64,000 bases of DNA from an uncultured Chitinophagaceae bacterium (GTDB lineage Bacteria > Bacteroidota > Bacteroidia > Chitinophagales > Chitinophagaceae). The translations under genes and the position numbers were made by a program. The notes below the pieces were generated by a model. That model made no database searches. It was not told the DNA's origin and saw nothing but the letters and a program-made list of their open reading frames with translations. Positions 19,424 to 29,800 of this stretch are shown piece after piece. The DNA is taken from contig CAWFMT010000008.1 of assembly GCA_963817075.1 (NCBI GenBank), positions 130,142 to 194,141 on the forward strand. Reading direction: 5' to 3'. Each line of letters opens with the position of its first letter. Within the stretch, counting starts at the first letter, position 1.

Positions 19424-20356
19424 TTATTTAACGGGCGAATAGCTTGACGAGTATAAATTCCAGGCTACTCCTTTCAAAAAATATTTCAGTTGCTGAAATT
19501 GTTTCCTCGCAAGAAAGGTAACTACTGCCTTGGGTATTGTAAAAAAAAGGAAAAAGAGGGAAAACAACAGAAGATTGAAAAAACCTGAATTCCTTCTCAT
19601 AAACAGGATGCGGTTGCGGGTATGGTAATACACCTTCATGGGGTTATTCTTTCCAACCGACATTGATTCCTTATGAAGTATCTCCGCTTCAGCTGTATAC
19701 CAGATCTTATACCCGGCTTTGAGAATCCTGGCCGACCAATCCCATTCCTCATAATAAAGGAAGAATTTCTCCGGGAACATGCCGAGTTTATCAATCACCT
19801 CTCTTTTAACCATCATTGCGCAGCCGTGCGCTCCATGAGTAGTCCCCGACAGATCATACTGTCCCCGATCCTCTTCCTTCTCACCAATAGTGGAAGTGCG
19901 ACCGGTAATGGGATGCATGGGATTGAACCCAGCGTATTGAATTAGGTTAGGGCTATCAAAATATTTGATCTTAGGACAGGTAACTCCAATTGAAGGATCA
20001 AGAAAAAAAGGATTTATTAATTGGTCGAGTAGTGAGGGGGTTACTTCAGTATCATTATTCACGATAAAGATGTAATCCCCCTTTGCCTGGGCTATGCCCC
20101 AATTATTTCCTCCTGCAAAACCCCGGTTCTTATCAGATAGGAGAAGCCGGGTATTAGGATAATCTGCTGGGTTTATTGTCAGCCTGATATCCTCAGTTGA
20201 GGCCATATCACAAACCAATACCTCATAATCAGGATAGGTAAGGCTTTTAAGTGATTCCAGAAATTCCCTGGTGACTCTTGCCTGATTGTAATTGAGTGTA
20301 ACAATAGAGACCAAGGGTCTGCCTGTTGGTGACATACTTTCTTTTTGCTTCAGCAA
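19424..20356 (-). CDS. family-2 glycosyltransferase
   Basis: VSIVTLNYNQ...YEVLVCDMAS...GFAGGNNWG...IFIVNNDTEV, the classic GT2 (rhamnosyl/galactosyl-transferase-like) pattern. Confidence 0.8.
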   Translation of the reverse strand: MLKQKESMSPTGRPLVSIVTLNYNQARVTREFLESLKSLTYPDYEVLVCDMASTEDIRLTINPADYPNTRLLLSDKNRGFAGGNNWGIAQAKGDYIFIVNNDTEVTPSLLDQLINPFFLDPSIGVTCPKIKYFDSPNLIQYAGFNPMHPITGRTSTIGEKEEDRGQYDLSGTTHGAHGCAMMVKREVIDKLGMFPEKFFLYYEEWDWSARILKAGYKIWYTAEAEILHKESMSVGKNNPMKVYYHTRNRILFMRRNSGFFNLLLFSLFFLFFTIPKAVVTFLARKQFQQLKYFLKGVAWNLYSSSYSPVK

Positions 20357-20368
20357 AAATATCCGATC

Positions 20369-21532
20369 TCAGGCATTTGTTTTTTGAATCAAGGCCGTAG
20401 GGGTATTTGCCATGATCCAAAGATCATATGCAAAATTGTACTTGTTGGCGTAATAGATGTCCAGGTTGATGCGCTCTTCAACTGACATATCCTTATTTCC
20501 CCTCTTTTTAATTTGCCAAAGACCAGTTATTCCAGCAGGTGCCAGGAATCGCTTTGCCCACTCATCTGTGGTAAGCGTAGCGGCCTCGTACAAAGGAAGG
20601 GGGCGATTGCCAACGAGAGACATATCACCAAGCAATACATTGATAAGCTGGGGAAGTTCATCCAGACTTGTCTTTCTTAAAAAAGCTCCGATCCTGGTAA
20701 TACGTGGATCATTATCAATCTTGAAGAATTTTGGTCCAACCTCAGAGGTTGAATTATATTGATTCAGGTGGGAATAGTCGTTGATCCGGCTGTCGGCTCC
20801 AACGATCATCGTTCTGAATTTAAAGAAATTGAAAATCTTATAACCACGACCTGCCCTTTTAGCTATGTAGAAGATAGGACCTTTTGATTCTATCTTGATA
20901 CCAAGAGCAACAAGGAAAAAAACCGGACTTAAAAGAAGTAGAGCAACAGAAGCGATTAAAATATCAAAAGTTCTTTTAAGTACTGAATTAGGATCATAGC
21001 TGGTGGCTGATGATGTTTGGATCTTCTTGGTCCATGCATTATCTGATGACCGGGACTTGATCTTATTGAGGAATTTCGCCTTTGTAAGAAGTTCATCCTT
21101 GGTTAATTCATCAAGAGAAATAATTTCATCTGCAATTTTCTCCTTCCTGAAGATGATGCGGCTTTCTTTGGAAATGCCATTATCATCAATTACAAAAGGA
21201 ATGAACCGAAGATCGGGCTGTAGATTAAGGAACCTGCGAAAATCCTTAACAACATCATCTCCCAGGCTGCTGTCGCAAATGATGATATGGGGAAGTCCGT
21301 GTGAATAATTCTGCAGGCGAAGTAGCATTGCCTTTGCATTTGAGCAGGATTCAGTGGCATAACCACTTTCAAAGATCCTGATCAGCTTATCAATTCTTGT
21401 AGGATTATTTCCTATGTAGTAAAACTCAGTTTTAGCAATAGCGGTATTGCCCACTACTGGCGTTGAATGAAGCGAGTAGTGTTTGTAAGTTTTAGCCTTA
21501 TTGGTTGTTAATGGTAAAGTTGCTAGTTCCAT
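20369..21532 (-). CDS. polyprenyl-phosphate sugar-phosphate transferase (bacterial sugar transferase family) with an N-terminal degenerate receiver-like domain
   Basis: C-terminal half: a TM segment then KRTFDILIASVALLLLSPVFF...GPIFY...FKFRTM...DELPQLINVLLGDMSLVGNRPLPLYE...GITGLWQI. N-terminal ~170 aa show a CheY-like beta/alpha pattern (FYYIG...HIIICDSSL...IPFVI), with the usual N-terminal acidic pair absent. Confidence 0.75.
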   Translation of the reverse strand: MELATLPLTTNKAKTYKHYSLHSTPVVGNTAIAKTEFYYIGNNPTRIDKLIRIFESGYATESCSNAKAMLLRLQNYSHGLPHIIICDSSLGDDVVKDFRRFLNLQPDLRFIPFVIDDNGISKESRIIFRKEKIADEIISLDELTKDELLTKAKFLNKIKSRSSDNAWTKKIQTSSATSYDPNSVLKRTFDILIASVALLLLSPVFFLVALGIKIESKGPIFYIAKRAGRGYKIFNFFKFRTMIVGADSRINDYSHLNQYNSTSEVGPKFFKIDNDPRITRIGAFLRKTSLDELPQLINVLLGDMSLVGNRPLPLYEAATLTTDEWAKRFLAPAGITGLWQIKKRGNKDMSVEERINLDIYYANKYNFAYDLWIMANTPTALIQKTNA

Positions 21533-21581
21533 ATTGTGGGTGTTGACGGGTTAAACATTTTCATTACGGTAGGGGATTAAA

Positions 21582-21977
21582 TTAATTTGAAATTTCTGCT
21601 ATTGTATCAGGTTGTCTGATCACTCCATGGACTGTATTAACAAGATCGATGGGGTTAAAAGGCTTTGTAAAAAAATCGCGGATTTCGAGTTCTTCACATT
21701 TTTCCTGAGTTTCGGTACTGTCAAGTGCAGATAATACAATGATTGGAATTGACCCATACAAGCCACTTGTTGAAAGATGCTCGATGAGTTCCCAATTTTG
21801 CATATCCGGTAGTTGGGGGTCGGCAATGATCATATCTGGATGATCATTCTGTGAAAGCCAGTTAATAGCGGAGCAACCATCAGCAGCCGTTATGACCTGA
21901 TAGTTCTTGCTAAGTAGTGTGTGCAGCAAAAAACGAATCGCCTTGCTGTCATCAATTGCTAAAATTCTCTTCTTCAT
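21582..21977 (-). CDS. stand-alone response-regulator receiver (CheY-like)
   Basis: ILAIDDSKAIRFLL...DMIIADPQLPDMQNWELIEHL...IIVLSA...FFTKPF. Confidence 0.8.
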   Translation of the reverse strand: MKKRILAIDDSKAIRFLLHTLLSKNYQVITAADGCSAINWLSQNDHPDMIIADPQLPDMQNWELIEHLSTSGLYGSIPIIVLSALDSTETQEKCEELEIRDFFTKPFNPIDLVNTVHGVIRQPDTIAEISN

Positions 21978-22334
21978 GGGTAGATGTAATTAAAATTAAG
22001 TTTAAAAAAACTCAATCTTTCAGTAGGCCTGCAATTGGAACAAGCGGCTCGCAGAGGTATTGGTATTCCCATTATGTTGAAATAATAAATGGCTTTCAGG
22101 ATGAGAAGGGATCAACAACAAACAGTGTTAATCAGGTATAGCGGGATTTCAAGGGATTTGTGGTGCTAGGCAGAGTCTTTTCTTGCCAAAAATAGTTTTC
22201 GAGGGATAGGAGATATGACGGGTAAAAATAGTAAACAATTTCAATAAACCAAACTATGCTTTCTTTTTTCTTGCTCCTTCAAAGCTCGATGAAATTATTT
22301 GTAATTATATACCCGGTTAATGGTATTTTAAAAA

Positions 22335-23517
22335 TCATGCCGTTTTTTGTCTTGCTGCCTTTTCCCACAGGACAGTTTGCTTTTTTTGGATGAATCTGGC
22401 GAAGCCCTGGAACACTGACAGGTTCATGAATAGAAAATAATAGGGGATAAAAAATAATTTGACTTTAATATTACGATTCGCAAAGTACCAACCTGCAATG
22501 GCGAGGCTATAGAATAGTAACTGTAGAAATAAGAACCCAGTATAGACCTGTCCGGCTCCCATTCTCACCAAAATGAGGTTGGATAGTAATAATACGATGA
22601 TCGCAATTGGACAAATGGTCCATCTGAGGATTCTATGGGAAATGAATTGAAAGGATAACAATGGATATTTAAATACATTAAACAGGTCCTTCAATATCAC
22701 CATTGCCTGGAATGCACCCGCTGAAATTCTAACCTTCCTCTTTTGCTCATCACGCATGGATAACGAGGCTGATTCAATAGCGAAGGCCTTTGGTTCATAT
22801 TTAACTACAAAGCCTTTCATGCAAACTTTCAATGATTGAACAAAATCTTCAATAATCACATCTTCACCTGTTTTTTCAAATAATTCCGTTCTCACTGAAA
22901 AGAGCTCACCTGCGGCGCCAACTACGGAATATAGCTCAGCATCGAGTTTCTTTAGAAGAGATTCGTATTTCCAGTATAAACCCTCACCTGCGGTTACGGC
23001 CTTATTTTCTGATGCATCACTGATTTTCTTCTCCACCTGCCACGGCTCCCACCTTTTCATTTGCATAATGCTTCACGAGTTCCTTGACACATTCCCTGTT
23101 CAGAAGGGTATTTGCGTCGCAGAAGATTACAATTGGGGCTTTTACGAAATGAATAGCCCTGTTCATAGCTGCTACTTTACCTCTTCTCTCCTGTTGATGA
23201 AGCAACTCGAATCTTGAATTTTGGCTGATTAAATTGGTAGTATTATCGGAAGATCCATCGGTTATGAAGATGACCTGTAATTTTTCGCTGGGATAATCCA
23301 ATTCCTCGGTATTTCTGAGCTTTTTTAAAATAAAATCTTCTTCATTATAGGCCGCAACAACCAAGGTTACCGAAGGTTCGTATATAGATGCAGGTATGTT
23401 CTTACCTCTGAAGATTTTCTTGATGCTGACCAATACATACAATAGAATCCCATAGCCGATATAACTGTAAAAAATTATTGAAAAACTAACCCAGAAAACT
23501 ATTTTGTATGCGAGCAT
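22335..23517 (-). pseudogene. membrane family-2 glycosyltransferase (PgaC/IcaA-like layout) split by a single frameshift
   Basis: ORF 23017-23517 (TM segment, VTLVVAAYNEE, FCDANT, ...EKVGAVAG) continues as ORF 22335-23066 (EKKISDASENKAVTAGEGLYWKYES... then 4 C-terminal TM helices) after a 1-nt frame change near 23031-23040. Confidence 0.65.
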
Positions 23518-23842
23518 TAATTTAGTTATTCAGTTCTATTGTACATGGAAATCAGAAACGAAAAACGGAAAATCACTAAAAATGTTATTGGATCAAGAAT
23601 GTTCCCAAATAATTTCCTTTTTTCATTTTTATTATTATTTTTGACCCGCTCTAAGGCTTTCTTAGGCCCTATCCGTAGTCATCCACTGAAAATCCCCGCC
23701 ATTACCTCTTTATTCTTCGAGAAGCCGCTAAGCTTAATTACACCTCCAATTCCTTTCAATCCTACAAGTCTGTGATATCCTCTTCAAGAACCTAACTGGC
23801 TTTACTTTGAATAGCTTGAAAACATCTCATTAACCGTTAGTT
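23518..23842. promoter_or_regulatory. divergent intergenic region between the minus-strand GT operon and the plus-strand giant gene; presumed bidirectional promoter region
   Basis: 325-bp AT-rich gap between divergent starts. No individual promoter motif could be assigned confidently by eye. Confidence 0.3.
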
Positions 23843-26800
23843 ATGAAGAAAGTATTACTTCTTACCACAATTGGAATTATTTCCGTTTTTAGTCTGATCG
23901 CCCAACCAAATGTGTTCAGTCCCACCGATCCGATGGTGGCTTATTCCTCAGCACAACCTTCCGGAAGTGCCCAGAATCCAATTACAGTCTGGCAAACAAT
24001 TCAGAAATGGGTTGTTACATCCCGGTTTACATGGGATGGGGATCAATACAAATCCTACCATTTCAACGGAATGTCGTTCCGCGTGAAATTTCCAGCCACA
24101 TACGCACACAATGTAGTTGATAATAAGAAATACCCAGTCATGGTATTTTTCCATGGAGCAGGGGAACCAGGTTCCATCTATGATAATGAGTTGCAGTTGC
24201 TTCATGGTGGAGAATTCTTCATGAACACTGTAAATAGCGGACAGTTCGATGGTTATCTCATCTATCCACAAAATCAAAGTGGAGGATTTTCAAGTGAGCA
24301 TTTCCAGCTGATCGTCCAAATTCTGGACTCTATGGCCAAGTATGTAAAATTGGATGTTGATCGTGTGATTGTAGATGGTCTTTCTGCCGGAGGCTCAGCC
24401 GCATTTAATATTACAGCTGGCTTCCCAACGCGGGTCACCAAATCTGCTCCATCCGCTGCATCTGCAAACGGTCTTATATCAATGATTTCAAGCTTTGTCC
24501 ATATCCCAATTTGGTTCGCTACCGGAGGATTGGATACTAATCCATTTCCTTATAATGCAGAACAATTTCGGAATGCCTTCAGAAATGCGGGGGGTGATAT
24601 TCAATGGACGCTTTTCCCCACGCTTGGTCACTTCGTTTGGTATAACCATTGGTTTGAACCAGGATTCATTCCCTATATGAATGATAACCACAAGGCAAAC
24701 CCTCTTATATATTTTGGGCGAAATCAATTTTGTCCCGATTCTGCGATAACAGCACGACTTGGAATTACAGCTGGATTTGCCCAATACGAATGGAGAAATC
24801 AGGCAGGAACTATTGTAGGAACCTCGAATGAATATTTCCCGACTTCTTATGGTACTTATTCTGTCCGCTTCAGGCGTATAGCCGGTGGGCCATGGTCGGA
24901 ATGGTCTCCTAAGCCTGCTGTTATCTCACCTAAACCTACTACATCAACTCCAACTCCAACGGTTCAGGGCCTAAGAAGTAAGGTATTACCTGCTCCGGAC
25001 GGTAGTACAACTGTGCCTTTAGTCCTACCTAATGGTTTTGAGAAATATGAATATTTCAGGGTGAGCGATAATCTTCTTATGGAAGATACACTCCTCTATA
25101 ATGCGCCTCCGGGAGTATACAGAGCCAGGGTGAAGGAATTTTTCGGATGTAATGCCACTTTCTCAAGCAATTTCACAGTTATCAGTGCAAATGGTCCGAA
25201 TAAGCCTGAAGCCGCAAAAAATCTTGCCGCCTATGTTCTTTCGCAAACCAGCATTCAGCTTGAATGGAGTGAAAATCCTGTTCCCTCCTTCGACGAAACG
25301 AATTTCGAAATATACCGTGGCACCTCGCAGGGAGGACCATATACACTTCTGGCATTGGCTCCGCCAAATGTTACTACTTACACAGATTTGAATCTGAGTC
25401 CAAATACATCTTATTACTATTTGGTTCGCGCTGTCAATAATACCGCAGCAGCAGCGAATAGCAATGAAGCTAACGCCACGACTACTGTTGATAATACTCC
25501 TCCGACAACGCCTGGCAATCTGCGGATTTTAGCAGTCAATTTATACTCAGTTCATCTGCAGTGGGATCCTTCAACGGATAATATTGCTTTAGATAAATAT
25601 GATGTTTATGTAAATGGCAGCAAGTTGTTTACAACTGAAAAGACCATTTACGAAGTGAATGGCCTTGATCCCCAAACAACATATAATTTCACAATCAAGG
25701 CAAGAGATATTACAGGCAATAATTCTGCAGCCAGTAATCAGGTAACAACTGTTACCAAGATGAATGGCCTCACTTATTATTATTATGAAGGAAGCTGGGA
25801 TGCTCTTCCCAACTTTTCTGAATTACCTATTTTGGAAATTGGTACTACGGCCAACTTTGATATAGCACCAAGAAATCGGAATGATCAATTTGGATTTGTT
25901 TGGCAAGGACATATCAGAATACCAACTACCGGCAACTATAGATTTGAGACCTGTTCTGATGATGGAAGCACTCTCTATTTCAATACTCTCTACAGCCCTA
26001 CTGCCAGAAGATTTATTGACAATGATGGACTGCACGGAACGGCCTGCATTATCAAAGACACTACCCTTACTGGAGGTTCCATCTTTCCGATAGCAGGGAC
26101 TTTTTTTGAACAGGGTGGAGGTGAAGTGATGGAGGCTTGGTGGACACTTACAGGAGCCGGAGGTAGTAACTTTGGTCGCCAAATAATTCCTGCCTCGGCC
26201 TTCACAGGCACAGGATCTATAACCGGGGTAATTCCTGCAGCTCCTTCAAGCCTACGGGCAGTATCAACCGCATTTGACAGGATCAATCTTACATGGGTTG
26301 ATAATAGCAGTGGGGCAAATAATGAAACAGGATTCGAAATAGTTAGGTCTACATCCAAAACAGGACCTTTTGCAAACATAGTTACAGTTCCAGCAGGAAC
26401 AATTGCGTATACTGATACTGGATTGACTGCAAATACAGTTTATTTCTATAAGATAAGAGCTATTGGAACTGGAGGTGAATCTGTTTTCGTGAGTAATTAT
26501 ACAGAGGCAAACTGGAAGCTGAATAATAACCTGAACGATGCAAAAGGAAATGCCAGCAGAGCATTTACAGGAACAAATACATCCTTTAGCAGCACTGATA
26601 AGAAAGAAGGCACTCATTCTCTCTCATTAAATGGTACTTCGGCCTACGTAACGGTTAACAATAGCAGCACCGGGCAATTCCCGAGCGAGGCAGGATATAC
26701 TCAACGTACGGTAGCACTCTGGATCAAACCGACTGTAACAACCAATAAGAGAGTGATTTTTGATATTGGAAATTCATCAGACGGGATGGGTCTTCGTTTC

Positions 26801-29800
26801 TTCAATACCAGCAATGCAATGCAAATGGGTTTTGCAGCTGGAGGGACAAGAGTCACAGCAGTCGTCAACAATTTTGCCAGTAATGCAAATTGGATACTGA
26901 ACGGATGGAATCATGTTGCGCTAGTCCGGAATGGTACAGTCCTGAGATTGTACTTCAATGGAGTTGATGTTGGAGGAACAACCGGACCAGCTACTGCAAC
27001 CAGTGCTGCAAGTAATAATTCAAGGTTTGGCTATTCGGGTACTTCGAATTCAGATAATGTATTCAATGAATTATCGTCAGGAACAAACGACAACTTTAGT
27101 GGTTTGATGGATGATATCTTTATCTCCAACACGGCCCTGACTGCAGCAGACCTTCTTGCGATGGTCAATAATACATATTTGGAATCAGCAGATACAACAC
27201 TTGCTTTACCGGCAGTGCCTTCTGCTCCAACAGTTCTGACTACCACTGCAGTTTCGTCTTCAACTATCAACCTGCAATGGAATGACAATTCCTCTAACGA
27301 AACAGCATTCCAGGTTTGGCGGTCAACAAACAATCCGTTGAATTATCGCCTTATTGCGACAGTCGCAGGAGGAAGTGGTGCAACAAAAACTTTTGTTGAC
27401 AATAGCTTGTTTGCAAACCTTACCTACTATTATCAGGTGAGAGCTGTAAACCTTGGAGGTTTCTCTGCCTATAGCAACTCCTCAAATGCAAAAACAAAGA
27501 ATTCAAAACCAGCGATTATTGACATACGTGATTTCACGATGCATTATGAGGAAGTTCGTACGCTGCCATTCACTGTTGTTGACACGGATGGGGATGTGCA
27601 GACTTTCACTACTGCCAATCTTCCATCCTTTGCAACATTCCAGAATGTAAGCAACGGAAATGGACAAATAGTATTTACCCCAACATTTATGGATCAGGGT
27701 TCTTATTTGATCACGGTCTATGTGAATGATGGAAATGGTGGAAAGGATACAACCTCTTTCACGATGCTGGTAAATGAAAATTTTACACCGACTTTAAACC
27801 CGGTGAATAATGTTACCATGAATGAAGGTGGAGACACTACGTTTAGCTTAATAGCAAACGATATTGAGTCTCCAAGTTATATGAGGTGGACGTTTACGAA
27901 TCTTCCTTCATTCTGCACATTTACACATGATGGCAATGGAGCGGGCAGTCTTCGATTAAGACCAACATATGCTTCATCGGGAGTATACCAGATCAGTGTG
28001 ATGGTAGAAGATGGATTTGGTGGATGGATCTCCAGGAACTTTACACTTAGCGTTATTGAAAAAGATCCTGACGTAAAGATCCTTCTGAACTTCCAGAATC
28101 AGTTCCTGTCATTGGCACCAGCACCATGGAACAATATGAGCAGCCAGTCTATTTCGAATCTGAAGAATACCCTTGGTGTAACAACAACAGTAGGTGCTAC
28201 TGTGGTTAATAGCTGGCAGTTCAACATTTCTTCTTCTGGCGCACAAGCTAACGGAGCTGGTGTGTATCCAGATGTGGTTATGAGAGATTTCAATCATTGG
28301 GGTTATTTCCTTGGAAATAATTCAGTGGATGTTTCTGAGCTCAGGATCACAGGTCTGGATCCAACGAAGAAATACAATTTCAAATTCTTCGCTAGCAATA
28401 CCGCACCTGTAAGGACAACATATGCAATTGGCGCGGAGAGTGTATCCTTGAATGGATTCAACAATACAAGTGAAACTGTATCCATAAACTTTGTAACTCC
28501 AAGTCCAACCGGAGTGATTTCGATAATCATGACCGGCGATCCAAATCCGGATATTGGTGGTATAATTAGTGCGCTGGAGATTGCTTCACAGTTTGATGAT
28601 GGCACCAATCCTGCCAAACCAACAAATCTAACTGGAGTATTCCAGGATAATGTTGGATCACTATTGAACTGGACAGATGTTTCTTATAATGAGGCTTCTT
28701 ACAAGGTTTTCCGTTCAACGGTTCGTTCTGGTCCTTATACACAGTTGAATCCAGGCGCGAATAATGCCAATACAACAAACTATACTGATGCAACAGCATC
28801 CCAGTTGACTCAATACTATTATTACGTGAGAGCGTCAAATTCAATTGGGGATTCTCCTTCAAGTGATACAGTGTCCATATTGACCGGAAATAACAGTCCA
28901 TTGATCAATGATCTGAATGATGTGTATGTGAAGATTGGAACAAACTTCAATGAAGACTTCTCAGTGAGTGATTACCCAGGTGATGTGATCACGGTTTCTT
29001 CACCTAACCTTCCATCATGGGCAGTATTACAAAATCTTGGAGGCGGAAACTACCGGATCGCAGTAACTCCTTCAAATGATGGACGTGGTTTTACAACAGC
29101 TACAATAGTTGCAAAAGATGATAAGGGTGGTGAGACTACCATGGATTTTGTACTTCACGTTGCAGACAGATATACTCGTTCATTCTATCTGAACTTTGGA
29201 GATATTTCAAATTCCGCTCCATCTCCCTGGAACAACCTGCCAGGATTATTGTACAATGGAAGGGTTGACAACAACCTTCGTGATGAAACAGGTGTGCCTG
29301 CAATTGGGGTTGGATTCAGCGTAGCTACGAATTGGTCAAATATCCACTCCTTTGGACTGTCAACAGGCAATAATAGTGGAATTGTTCCTGATGTCGTACT
29401 TCAGAGTGGAAATATGGTTACTGACAACACTCCAAGACAGATGTCATTCACAGGGCTTAATAATGCAAGAAGATATAATGTGGTCTTTGTTGGAAGTGGA
29501 AACACTGGAGTTGTGGCCGTTGCTGATCTTAAAGTAGGCGGTGTTACCCAGGCTGTAGCAAATGGCAGGTTCAATACTAATACTTCAGCACAGATCAATG
29601 GACTTGCTCCAAGTGGTGGTACAATCACATTTACCTTTACAAAACAGGCCGCGGCTAAATACGCATATGTGAACGCCATCATTCTGGAAGAATATGTTGA
29701 TACGTTCAATCTTTCGCTGATAAACCCGATCAACCTGTATGCAGAACCTGCGAGTAAGACCAGTGTTAAACTTACATGGTCTGAAAGATCAAACGCGGAG

